From: Salisapilia sapeloensis CBS 127946 | Lineage: Eukaryota; Protista; Oomycota | Direction of reading: 5' to 3' | DNA length: 37,198 nucleotides | Assembly: GCA_023334545.1 (NCBI GenBank) | Contig: JAADVB010000190.1 | Coordinates: forward strand, 1-37,198 | Shown: positions 18,279-28,323 of the stretch, in pieces | Numbering within the stretch: position 1 is the stretch's first letter | Layout of the letters: each line of letters opens with the position of its first letter | Notes under the pieces: generated by a model | What the model was told of the DNA's origin: nothing | Seen by the model: only the letters and a program-made list of their open reading frames with translations | The model's database searches: none | Made by a program: the position numbers and the translations under genes

Positions 18279-19262
18279 CTATTTCTTGCCCCTACCACGC
18301 TGAGCTGCCCTCTTCTCTTTCCCAGGGCGCTTGGCTCCCTTCCCAGCCACCTTCACTCCTTTCCCGGCCGGCTTTCCGCCCTTGAACTTTCGTCCTCGAC
18401 CGATGTCGTTCGTACTCTCTCGCGTGTTCTGCTTCATATTCCGCTTGGGACCTCCGAAGCCATACTTTTTGTTCTTTCCCTCTCTCCTCTTGTTCACCTC
18501 CTTTCCTGTCTTTTGCTTCTTGGGATTGTTGATCAGCTTCTCGATCTGAGAGTCATCGTCTTCAGCAACGCCTTGCTTGGTCGCTTTGCGCTTCTTCCAC
18601 TGCTTGACAGCTTCCAACGTGTCCTTCTTCTGCTGCGCTCGCTGCTTGACCTTTTCTGCCTGCAACTCCTTCGCGACGCGTTTGTGCGCCTGAGACTTCT
18701 TCCGGTCATCCACGGCGGAAATCTTCTTCTGTTCGTGGATCAAATGGTCCTTGACACGACCCATGTGCTTGTCACTCTTCAGCATCTCGGCAAAGTAGTC
18801 CTCTGGACGCTTATACGCAATGTTCTGTTGGTGCAACTTCTCTTTGGCTGCTCGGACGGACGCCAACGCTTGGTTGTAGAAAGCCACTTCACGCTTCAAA
18901 TCGTCATTCACCGTCTTTTCGTCCATGTCCAGCACTTCTGTACTCGTGTCGAGCGTCTCGACCCAAGGCAACTTTTGCTTTTTATTTGCTTTCGGATGCT
19001 CACTGTACCAACTGTCCGCAAGTGCACGCATGGCCTCTGCATTGTAAATGGCTTTATTGTCCGCAGCATTCTCCTTTTGGTGCGCTTCTTCGACCAAACG
19101 GCGTTCGAGCTCCATCTCCTCATCACCCTCACTGTCCGAGCTGGCATCGCTCATGACGCCACCACTGTTTTCAATGGACGTAAGTGCCGGTGCTTCAATA
19201 ATCTCTTCATCATGAGCAGTCTCGGCACGCACAAGGCCCTTCGATCTCGTCTTCCGACCCAT
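18279..19262 (-). CDS. EBP2: rRNA-processing protein EBP2
   Basis: LPWVETLD, VNDDLKREVAFYNQALASV, RPEDYFAEMLKSDKHMGRVK, KNKKYGFGGPKR, KRPGKEKR are EBP2 hallmarks. The ORF is open to ATG 19334; MGRKTR (19262) preferred. Confidence 0.93.
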   Translation of the reverse strand: MGRKTRSKGLVRAETAHDEEIIEAPALTSIENSGGVMSDASSDSEGDEEMELERRLVEEAHQKENAADNKAIYNAEAMRALADSWYSEHPKANKKQKLPWVETLDTSTEVLDMDEKTVNDDLKREVAFYNQALASVRAAKEKLHQQNIAYKRPEDYFAEMLKSDKHMGRVKDHLIHEQKKISAVDDRKKSQAHKRVAKELQAEKVKQRAQQKKDTLEAVKQWKKRKATKQGVAEDDDSQIEKLINNPKKQKTGKEVNKRREGKNKKYGFGGPKRNMKQNTRESTNDIGRGRKFKGGKPAGKGVKVAGKGAKRPGKEKRAAQRGRGKK

Positions 19263-19419
19263 GATTATCGAGTTGGTAGAATGGTTGGAGACGTCGATCG
19301 GTTGGCGGGCGTAAGTTTTATTCGTTCGGTTCATATCATGTTACGAACAGTTTCTTACACTTTGTCTCATTTAACCATACTCTAGAAAAATAGCAGCATT
19401 TGTTTTTAACATCCTTCCG

Positions 19420-19454
19420 ATTGGTCAGACAAGGCACTTCATGTGTTTGATTGG
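19420..19454. promoter_or_regulatory. Twin CCAAT boxes in the EBP2/ISD11 bidirectional promoter
   Basis: GATTGGTCA (ATTGG 19420-19424) and GATTGGCCA (ATTGG 19450-19454), exactly 30 bp apart. Confidence 0.5.
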
Positions 19455-19496
19455 CCAAAAGGTATACGTAGGACAAGAAGACCATCAGAATCAAGA

Positions 19497-19847
19497 ATGA
19501 GCTCCAAGGAGGTAGTACAGCTTTATCGCAGCATGCTGCGGCAGGCGAGCGGTTTCGAGGTGTGTACACCAGTCCTATCAATTTTTCTATCGTCGATCAT
19601 GTATGTGTACTTACATTTATTTCCCTTGCGCTTGTAGAACTACAACTTCCGCTCATACTTCCAGCGCCGTGTGAAAGAAGAGTTCCACAAACACCGTGAC
19701 CTTGCGCCTGGAAGCCCAGAGCAAGAACGAATGCTGCTCTTCGCCAAGGAGCAAGCGCAAGTGATGCAACGCCAAATGGTTGTCTCCAAGATGTACCCGC
19801 CGATCACACCAAGCATCATGGAAGGATACAAGCGTCCGATGAACTAG
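19497..19847 (+). CDS. ISD11: LYR-motif protein ISD11/LYRM4 (Fe-S cluster assembly, NFS1 partner), 2 exons
   Basis: Exons 19497-19559 and 19638-19847; 78-nt intron. Product MSSKEVVQLYRSMLRQASGFENYNFRSYFQRRVKEEFHKHR...QVMQRQMVVSKMY. Not present in the supplied ORF track as a single ORF. Confidence 0.85.
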
Positions 19848-20012
19848 ATACTCTCATCAACATGATCGTTGGCTTATGCATTCTTTCTCGTTGTGTATAC
19901 GTGCAATCGTCTAAAAGTACGTAAAAATGCTCTACATTGGTGTTAACGGGGCGAATATGGACGCCGCATGAGCGTCGAGAGGTTACTTTATCCACAAGCA
20001 AATACGTCCTTC

Positions 20013-21017
20013 TTAGTACGCCCGGCAAAAGCACCGGAAAGCATTCGAGCCAGCTAGCCTTCGATCGGCTACGACTACATCTATAAACTTTTGCAAACGG
20101 TCACGTCGGGCGTAGAGTATATCGTCGTTCAGACTCGGCTCCAAGAAGAGTAGTCCTTCTTTTTGCACCTTGGGTAGCTTTACGTGGTTAATGAGCTTCT
20201 TCCTCATCTCCTTCTTTAAGTCCTTTCGTAGGCGTCGGAACTCGCGGAACGTAGCTGTGATATCCCACATCACGGCTGGATTCATGTGCTTGTCTCCAGG
20301 CTGTGAACAGTCTACTCGAATGACATACATGTCTTGCTCATGCAGTCGTCGACCACCTCTACCAACGCGAGTTCGATGGATGAAAGCCTTGCCAATTCGT
20401 ATCTTAGCACAGAAAAGCAATGCGTACCGTCGACGTCGACGTTCATTTGGAACGACATTGACGATCGGAGGAGGTACGCGCAAGTGAGGTAGCAAAAAGG
20501 TAGACGGGAGGAAAGCTGGATTAGAGTCTGCTTCTTTCAACTCGTGCAAGAGGTGCTCGTGGGCTTTATAAATGGTCGTCTCGGGGCAGGTTGGACGCAA
20601 GGACGGCAACTTCGGAATTGTTTCCACGGGAATCGACGTGATCTGCTTATTGTCCTGCATGAAGGTAGAAAACGTGTCCAGTACACTTTGACTGTAGTAG
20701 TACGTGATCCAGGCACCATAGAAGAGTATCAGGAGCATTTGAGCCAGCCGTAGCAACCATGTCATCAAGGCCTTAATCAGCGTCAGGACGAACGGTACTG
20801 ACAAGTAGCACGTAACACAGACGAAGACGCCAAGTGTAACTTGGGTAGGTAGCGACGACAAGTCCTTCGCCCACCAGAGCATAGCTACCTTTCGCACGTC
20901 GGGCTTTGGAGTAAGCGGTGTTTGCACTTTATCTCTGCGGGGGGTTTCCGTAACTTGCGTGAAAAGGGACAGCGACTCCTTTGTCCAGCACAACATGGCT
21001 ACCTTTTGCACGGCCAA
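20013..21017 (-). CDS. Membrane protein with C-terminal PX (phox) domain; 5' end unresolved
   Basis: Two hydrophobic segments, then a PX-like MYVIRVD...WDITATFREFRRLRKDLKKE...LPKV...DILYARRDRLQKFIDVVVADRRLAGSNAFRCF. The track start is TTG right after a TAG (possible acceptor); first in-frame ATG is 20996. Confidence 0.7.
   Translation of the reverse strand: MAVQKVAMLCWTKESLSLFTQVTETPRRDKVQTPLTPKPDVRKVAMLWWAKDLSSLPTQVTLGVFVCVTCYLSVPFVLTLIKALMTWLLRLAQMLLILFYGAWITYYYSQSVLDTFSTFMQDNKQITSIPVETIPKLPSLRPTCPETTIYKAHEHLLHELKEADSNPAFLPSTFLLPHLRVPPPIVNVVPNERRRRRYALLFCAKIRIGKAFIHRTRVGRGGRRLHEQDMYVIRVDCSQPGDKHMNPAVMWDITATFREFRRLRKDLKKEMRKKLINHVKLPKVQKEGLLFLEPSLNDDILYARRDRLQKFIDVVVADRRLAGSNAFRCFCRAY
20836..21012 (-). 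repeat. Diverged 63-nt direct repeat pair (114-nt period) in the PX gene 5' region
   Basis: 20836-20898 vs 20950-21012, 46/63 identical by manual alignment; encodes VQKVAMLCWTKESLSLFTQVT / VRKVAMLWWAKDLSSLPTQVT. Confidence 0.8.
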
Positions 21018-21303
21018 CTACTGAATGGACAGTGCCTGCAGACAATCGTGAAGGGCGTGTCCGTAGTTTATCTTGATGGACGTTGAGACGCGAGAGGAAG
21101 GAAGTGGTAACGCTTCGTTTCACAAATACAAATAGGAGCGCAACTGTCTTTATCAAGGGTATCGAATAGGTTTGCATGGCCTCTATAGCTGCTTCCTACT
21201 GCCATCTGATGGACGCGTCATGAGTTTCAAACGCTCGTCTGGCCACCACTTACCTCAACTGTTGCACAAGGAAAAGCTTGTATGGAAACAAAAGTGAATA
21301 TGA

Positions 21304-22735
21304 TCAAGTAAATCGTTGTTGACAGATATTGCTTCCGTAATCTTCATACTCTCGCTTGAGTACCGTCCGGTTCTTTCGTTCTTCCTGCACGGCATACTTT
21401 TTGCATCCTTCCAACGTCGTCAAGACACTACAAATCAAATAAGTACAAAGCATTGATAGCTTCATAAAGATACTTGATACCTAGGAGATTCATAGATGTG
21501 GAGTGGATGAGTGGCATCCACCATCGGTCGAAGCTCGCGTTCAAGTCTCTTTGTAAAGTTTTCAAAGTTGGCATTGCCTCCAGTAACCAGCACATTGCTC
21601 ATAAACGACCCATGGAGTTCCCTTGGACAGTTCTCAACTGCTTCCACTATCGTTTCGGCCAGTCCCTTTTGCTTCATTCCGCTCAAATCCGATGGTCGGA
21701 ATAAAAGCTCTGGAACTGCCACTCGTTCGATACCCATGTCAAGAGTCGTGATCTGCTCTGGATCCATATCTACATCAGAGACAGACACTCTTCGCCCTCG
21801 GAAGTGATCCACAAAGTCTGGAAGTAGCCACTGAACACGCTGATGACGATTTTGATAGAGAGATTGCATGTCTGATTGGAAATCTAGAGAGACGTAGCAG
21901 ACGCTTTCTTTTGCTTCATTCACGATACGTGGTTGGGACTGGACATCCCATTGACGCGCACTAACCACCTCTTTGAGATAGTTGGTGAGCAGTTTACCTC
22001 CGACATTCATCCTAGGCAGAGATGAGGATCATGACAGTCACTAGAATTGCAACAAGCATACCTTTTAACGCCTGGGAAGTAGACGCGATTATCGATAAGA
22101 GGAATGACATGCGTAAAGGAGTAACCGGTATCTACTACGAGTTTGCACGATGCATCCTTAAAACTAGTATCGGAGCTTTGACTGTAGGCAAGTGCTGTCA
22201 TTTCAGCCGATGGGACACGAGAGAAAGAAGCAAATCCGAACTCTTCAAAGACTACTTCGTCCATCTCCTGAAGCAATTTGGATGGCGTAAATAATGGAGA
22301 CGTCGCCACCAGACCATGCGTCTGTGTGTTAACATTGAGCTCCTATATCTACATTAGATCAGTTTGCAAGTACGCAATGGGATTGATGTACCTTGGAGAA
22401 AAGGTGGCTCCAAAGTGCAGTTTCCACATTCCAATTGATGCAATAGCCTCTAGTGGTACGCAAGTCATTACGTCATTATGAATACAGCGAGGTGATGTGT
22501 GAGTATACTTCTCAATTGGTCGGACGTAGCGAAGCTTGCTACTGCCATGCGAAACTTCATACTCGTCTAACTGCTTGCCCATGAGCCATCGATTGACGTC
22601 GCTGGGAGCACTCGATGCGATGCAATTTGTCACGACAGCATCCACAGAGCTCTCTCCAGTAGCGTTGACCACAGAAGACTTTATGGTGTCACCACCGTTA
22701 TCAAGCACGACGACTCTAGCCCCATCGACGTCCAT
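21304..22735 (-). CDS. ARP6: Actin-related protein 6 (SWR1 complex), 5 exons
   Basis: Introns 22508-22450 (59 nt), 22391-22343 (49), 22061-22012 (50) and 21480-21428 (53), all GT-AG and in frame. Motifs LDNGGDTIK, RPIEKGYCINW, VVDTGYSFTHVIP, RMNVGGKLLTNYLKEVVS, ERVAVPELLFRPSD, NVLVTGGNA; ends KREYEDYGSNICQQRFT. Confidence 0.9.
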
Positions 22736-23009
22736 CCTATCCTAGCAGCTCGTCCCAAATGGCCTTTTCTGCAATATCCGGTTCATCAATAGTGCGAATT
22801 CGATATTTTTAGTACAAAAGCACAATTAATAAACTTTTAGAATTCTATTTAACTAAGAGTTTATTTCAATGGCCTATTAGGAGCTTTCAATACAACTTGT
22901 GAGTATATTTGGAATATCTTTGTGGGCGATTCAAAGGACAAATTTAGGGAGCTAACTCCCGAGGCGAAGGCAGCTACTGTAGCAACTGTACGTGTTCATT
23001 GGACTACCA

Positions 23010-24561
23010 ATGGCGACAAAGAGACCTCGCATTCACGACGTTGAGACCCTTACGAAGCAATTGTAAGTGTATGTGTACATAATGCAGCGGACGACACGGA
23101 TCTGTTCGTCTAATGGCACCATGTCAAGTTTCCATTCCAAGTGCATATTACCACTATAACTAACTTCGTACTTGCTAACTCGGTGATTGCAGTGCAGGGC
23201 CGTACATTGACTTGCTGGACTACATCCAGCAAGCGGAGAAGGAATGCAACGACGCAAAGGCCAGCCTCTCGTCTTCTGCCTCCAATACCACCATCCAACG
23301 CCACCTCACGTCCATCCTCGAGTGCTTCAAGAGCATCAACACCACGACTTTGCATCTAAGCTACTTGGCAGCCCAAATGTCCATTATGAAGAACACTTCA
23401 TCTTGTGACCTGTGCAAGACGTTCCATGACAATGGTCATCCAGCACGAAAGAAGCCGTATAAAAACTTCATGTCGGATGAAGAGTTCGCCAAGCTCTTTA
23501 AAGACGGAAAATTTACGGAATATGATGAGTGGAAACGTGTGATCGGGTATACGCCCGAAGTGATTTATCAGATAAACAAATGGGAAGCAGAGAACGGGGG
23601 ACGCAGTGCTCGGAACAATATGGACTGTGTCTTCAACACGATGACGAATCGTAAGAGGGACGAGTCGACTATCACGACTAGCTCACCTGCTCTTCCTGTT
23701 GTCGACTTCAATCTTTTATTTGGCATGCCTCCAGCTCCGTCAGTTCCGTCAGCTCCGTCAGCTCCGTCAGCTCCGTCAGCTCCGTCAGTTCCAGCAGCTC
23801 CGTCAGCTACTCCAGTCCCTATAGATCCATCAGCCCCATCAGCTGCTCCAGTTCCTATAGCTCCTCGGCCACTGAAAAAGAGGGCAAGGCCGTTTACAAT
23901 TCAACCTTGGAATATGGCACCATCGTCACAACCAGTGGTTGAGACGGCGCTTAGTGAAGATAACAATTCCTTTGTCTCTTCGTCTCCTGCACCAGAGACA
24001 ATGCCACAGGCAGATACAATTGCCAACGTTTCGTCTGAATTGACAACTAATCGTATGAAAGAAGAGAGAGAGAATGTAAACACGAATGTGACACAAGCAA
24101 CATTTACATTTGATACGCAGCAATCTACGAACGCGCCGATGGAGGATACGAAGCAGGAGGTGGTGACAGTGACGCAAAGCAAGCGAAAGGTAATAAAGCC
24201 AGTATCTTTTGCGGACGAGATGGTGATAATGGAAAAACCAAAACGGAGGAATAAGAATTCGGCTCAACGAAAAAAAGAGGACAATGTCTACATCGTGGAT
24301 CGAATTCTGGACCATTGTTTTATTGGCAATCGAAAGCTATACCTTGTCAGGTGGCAAGGGTATGATTCAAGTGAAGATACATGGGAAGCAGGTAAAAAGT
24401 TACGAAAGGATGTGCCGAGCATGGTCAACGAATATACCCAACACGTGAAAAGGATGAAGGAAGAGACCATTCGAGCGAATTTAAGTGAAGAGACAAATCC
24501 GGCATCTGACACCACGACTACATCAGAAGCGTATGAAGCAGATGAGAGAAATGAATTCTGA
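23010..24561 (+). CDS. Chromodomain protein with Pro/Ser/Ala-rich linker; spliced 5' end ambiguous
   Basis: C-terminal chromodomain VYIVDRILDH...YLVRWQGYDSSEDTWE with Y/W/Y cage residues. The main ORF begins at TTG 23212, so an upstream exon is needed: ATG 23010 with donor GTAAGT at 23063, or ATG 23113 with a 57-nt intron 23141-23197. Confidence 0.75.
23734..23805 (+). repeat. Coding 9-bp minisatellite (gctccgtca)x8 encoding (A/V)PS repeats
   Basis: Eight consecutive units, six of them exactly gctccgtca, followed by a degenerate duplicated gct(a/g)ctccagt(c/t)cctatag. Confidence 0.9.
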
Positions 24562-24621
24562 TCTTGTTTCTAAGTACATGTATTCGTATCATGCGCATTC
24601 AAAATCGTATAGACAGGGTAG

Positions 24622-26100
24622 TTAGAAAAGAGCAACGACCGCTGCAATGGTAGCCGAAGCAGCTGTGTACATCGCGAGCGAGGCCGTGCCGTCACTTCCA
24701 GTCGCCGCCAACTCTGCGTCATCTGGGCCGACCACCTTGGTGTTAGACGGAGTTGTCTTCTCACCGAGCTTCACTGGCTTGTCCACCTTTTCAAAGTTGT
24801 TGGACTTTTCACCCTTGCACTTTGGCTGACGAGACTCGCACATGAGCGTGTCGACCTTGGGCATCGGAGGCAGCTTGCTCGTCATGTTGCCAGGGCACTC
24901 GAGAATATCTTTACGAGTCACCTCAAAGTCATCCATGGTGAGCGTAGAGTCCTTCGTGGTCGTGTACGCCTTCTTCAGGTTGTCGTATTCCGGGTACGGC
25001 ATGAACTTGCACGGGATCTTGTCGTGGTCACAGTCGTCGGGGGAAAAGTATCCGACGCCGTACTTGCCCGTGTCTGCCTTCTTTGTTAGCTTACCGGCAA
25101 CCGTGTTTGCCTTTTCTGTCGTGAACTCGAAGACGTTTCCACCTACAATTTCATTCGTCATTTCCTTCTCCGTGTTCATCCACTTGGCATCGTGGAATGC
25201 ACGTTGGTTCTCGTATCCATCAATGGTGTTCTCCCCAAGCTGGCAGCCATACTCTCCGAACATAAGCGGACGAGAGTACTGTGCTTCATTGTATTCTTTC
25301 ATGAGCTGCTGGAGACCAGTCGAGTCCTCATACTTCGTGTGCTTAATAGGGTCACACTCGACGTACGGGTTGGAGCCGTACCATTCCGCACGAGTGAACT
25401 CGTTGTCGTCGATGACGCAGTCATAGTACTGAAGGAATTTCTCACGGGGCTTGATGTCGGCGCTGTGGAGTCCGATAGGAACCTGACGAACATCAGACGC
25501 ACAGCTCGCGGCATAATTACGAGTGTCACGGATCAGAGCCTTGACACACGGCGCAGTCTGCATACCACCCTCTTCGTACGAGCGCTGCAAGTTGTTTTCA
25601 TTACCGACACTAAAGAGCAAGGTGTTGTCGTACGGAGCAAAGGCGTTGTACACGATCTGGACACGCTCGAACATGTGGTCCGGGTAGCACTTGGGCGGCT
25701 CGAGGTCTTGGATGGCACAGTCTTTGCAAGGAGCAGCCATGCCGACCATGACGTAGATACCAGCGTCAGAGCAAGCGCACATGAACTTGTCGTGCGACTT
25801 GGACGGGTCGACCGAGTACAGACGGATAGTATTAACTCCTAGGTCTTTCATGATCTTCAAGTGTGGACGCCAAATATCCTCGTGTTCATCCGTCACGTAG
25901 TCATAGTTGGAGACATCCGCAAGCTCTCCGCCGTTAGGACGAGGATAGTAAGCCATTCCTTTAATACGGAACTCTTTTCCGGTCTCGGAGTTGAAGAATT
26001 TGTTCCCCTTGACAACGATTGGGGCAACCCATGCATCTGCAGAGTAGCTCGCGAGCATAGCAGCAGCGGAAAGTAACGTGGCAATGAATTTAAATGCCAT
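24622..26100 (-). CDS. Beta-1,3-glucanosyltransferase, glycoside hydrolase family 72 (Gas/Gel-like), probably GPI-anchored
   Basis: Signal peptide; IVVKGNKFF, FRIKGMAYYP, LGVNTIRLYSVDP, SVGNENN (acid/base Glu), FGEYGC (nucleophile Glu), GGNVFEF; C-terminal small residues plus hydrophobic tail. Confidence 0.93.
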   Translation of the reverse strand: MAFKFIATLLSAAAMLASYSADAWVAPIVVKGNKFFNSETGKEFRIKGMAYYPRPNGGELADVSNYDYVTDEHEDIWRPHLKIMKDLGVNTIRLYSVDPSKSHDKFMCACSDAGIYVMVGMAAPCKDCAIQDLEPPKCYPDHMFERVQIVYNAFAPYDNTLLFSVGNENNLQRSYEEGGMQTAPCVKALIRDTRNYAASCASDVRQVPIGLHSADIKPREKFLQYYDCVIDDNEFTRAEWYGSNPYVECDPIKHTKYEDSTGLQQLMKEYNEAQYSRPLMFGEYGCQLGENTIDGYENQRAFHDAKWMNTEKEMTNEIVGGNVFEFTTEKANTVAGKLTKKADTGKYGVGYFSPDDCDHDKIPCKFMPYPEYDNLKKAYTTTKDSTLTMDDFEVTRKDILECPGNMTSKLPPMPKVDTLMCESRQPKCKGEKSNNFEKVDKPVKLGEKTTPSNTKVVGPDDAELAATGSDGTASLAMYTAASATIAAVVALF

Positions 26101-26177
26101 GTTGGAAAGCTAGATGGAAAGGTCTGGGGAGTAGAGGGAAGGTTGGATAGGTAGACGAAAAGATCTGAGGAGCAGAC

Positions 26178-26239
26178 GGAAACTTGGAGAGTGAAGACGA
26201 AATGGTCTTGGGAGTGGAGGAAAACTGGAGAGTGAAGAC
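26178..26239 (-). promoter_or_regulatory. Duplicated Inr/FPR-like core promoter element upstream of GH72
   Basis: 21-nt near-identical direct repeats at 26178-26198 and 26219-26239; on the minus strand they read TTCACTCTCCAAGTTTCC and TTCACTCTCCAGTTTTCC (Inr YCAYTYY + FPR-like). Confidence 0.5.
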
Positions 26240-26751
26240 ATGCCTGGCGTACATATCTCCGATCCATCGTCACTTTGACGAGTTGGATGCATCGGATGTT
26301 GCCATTTCACACAAAGATTCTTGAAACGTTTCGAATCAGATGGACAAAGGTGCATTTTGATTCGATAAAGTCTATTTTCTGACTACCCTGTCAATCAAAC
26401 GTGACAAAATTTATGTGTTGAAAGCGGATTAATTTCGCATCGTCGTGATGCAATGCAACGACTGGCGACAGGAAACCTGGCCGTGAAATGCGTGCCAGTG
26501 CCCTCTAGTCGCTTGGAAGAGTGTCCCATGCAGAATTGTAGTTGAATTCCATCCGTTATTCCTCCAATTGTATTATTTCGTTCAATTGCAATAGATACTT
26601 TCGTGGATTTCCATGCTCATTTTCGTGTTTGGATAGTAGATATGATTCGAATTTCTAATGAGAGAGACTGCCTGTTCACCAAGTACGCATGCACAGTTCG
26701 AAAAACAGCCTAAAGGTCATTTGGTAGCAAGGCGCAATCTTGTTAATAAGT

Positions 26752-27750
26752 CTAGTTATCGCTCAACTTCACGACGATCTTGCCCTTGTTCTTGCCAGCG
26801 TACATATGATCCAAAGCGTCGGCGACCTGCTCCAATCCTTCGTATTTGGAAGGGTCCACACCCGGTTTAAGCTTTCCTTCATCCACCAGCTTCATCAGGC
26901 GGTCCGTGTGTTCCTTGTAGTGTTCAGCGTAATAGGGTGCAATAAATCCACGAACGTGAGCTGATCGGAAGAGCAGCAACGGGGCAAGCTCGTTGATCTT
27001 CATGTCGTGCTCTTTGCCGCCATCCTTGTAGCCGCTCACGATACCAAAGAGGATGATGCGTCCACGAATGGCAATGTTTTCAGCTGCGGCTCGGAACATG
27101 TCCCCACCAACGGACTCAAAGACAAGGTCGAGGCCGTTCGGGTACTCCTTCTTAAGTACTTCACCGACATTTTCTTCCTTGTAGTTGATTACGCGGTCAC
27201 ATCCGAGTGACTTGAGGAGCTCCACCTTTTCGCTAGAGCTGCAGGTACCAACCACATGGTTACCAGCTAACTTGGCAAGCTGGACGACAATCTGACCAGT
27301 GCCACCAGCAGCAGCAGTGACAAGGACATTTTCGCCAGACTTCATCTCACCAGCGTACTGCAGCGCCATGGATGCAGAAGTTCCGCATACAAACAATGGC
27401 AGCACATCAGACGTTGCCTTGGCGACCTTGGTCACAGAGCTCTGTGGGACTTCCGTATACTGAGAGTACGCGCCGAAGCTAGTGTAGGCAACAGCGTCGC
27501 CTACTTTGACGTCTGTCACGTCAGGTCCGACGGAATGGACGATACCCACGCCATCATGTCCGCATCGTAGTGGCAGCTCCTTCACGTAAGCTCCGTTGGT
27601 ATGGTTGACATCCGTGGCGTTGATTCCGGCATAGGTGTTGCGGACAATGACCGTATCCTTGGTCGGCTCCGGGAGGTCCACCTCGACAATTTGCGTGGCT
27701 TCACGGAAGTCAGTGGAGTGTTTTACGGCCATAATGCATTGCGTCTTCAT
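26752..27750 (-). CDS. MDR-superfamily NADP-dependent reductase (PTGR3/ZADH2-like), copy A
   Basis: YAGINATDVN, GENVLVTAAAGGTGQIVVQLAKLAGNHVVGTCSS, LGCDRVINYK, YPNGLDLVFESVGG, GKNKGKIVV. Confidence 0.92.
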   Translation of the reverse strand: MKTQCIMAVKHSTDFREATQIVEVDLPEPTKDTVIVRNTYAGINATDVNHTNGAYVKELPLRCGHDGVGIVHSVGPDVTDVKVGDAVAYTSFGAYSQYTEVPQSSVTKVAKATSDVLPLFVCGTSASMALQYAGEMKSGENVLVTAAAGGTGQIVVQLAKLAGNHVVGTCSSSEKVELLKSLGCDRVINYKEENVGEVLKKEYPNGLDLVFESVGGDMFRAAAENIAIRGRIILFGIVSGYKDGGKEHDMKINELAPLLLFRSAHVRGFIAPYYAEHYKEHTDRLMKLVDEGKLKPGVDPSKYEGLEQVADALDHMYAGKNKGKIVVKLSDN

Positions 27751-28323
27751 CGTGGAAGTAGTTTTGAGTTGTTTGTGTTTTCAGAGGAAAGTTGACAAGT
27801 GGAAACTTGATCGGATAAGAAATACTGTTTGGATTTGTAAACGATCTGGTTGGATGATCATGACGGATACTGGCAGTTTGGTAGACATACCAGCCACATG
27901 CTTGTCGATTGTCTCTTGGCATGAAAATTGAAATGGAATGATAATGCTCTATGTGATGGGCAAAGCTGGAGACGTAGCATAAAGATACTGACGGCATTGA
28001 AGTCTCTCCTGTATTGTCTCTTGCATCTAGTTGCTTGCGTATACAGCTCGCCATACAAAAGTCGATACTTCCAGAATCTCCGACTGATCCCATTTTTGTG
28101 ACATTTCCATATTATTTGTCTACATATCCCATCCGTTTCGTTCTTATCTTGCTGAAAGAGTGTAAGGTCCGGTGTTAAAGCGATCTTGAACGGTCGGATC
28201 AGGACGAAGATCCCATCATTCTGAGACGAAGCGCGTTTACCAATCATGCATCGAAATTTTTTCCGATCTCCGACGACAAGATCACTTTTAAATTAGATCG
28301 CAAGAGCTCAAGCAACCACTATC

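Noticed and set aside
18159-19385. 408-aa Leu/Phe-rich plus-strand ORF
   Set aside because: Antisense shadow of Lys/Glu-rich EBP2.
23734-23805. Tandem 9-bp units considered as a CRISPR-like or telomeric array
   Set aside because: No spacers, in frame within a CDS, and not a telomere motif; it is a coding minisatellite.
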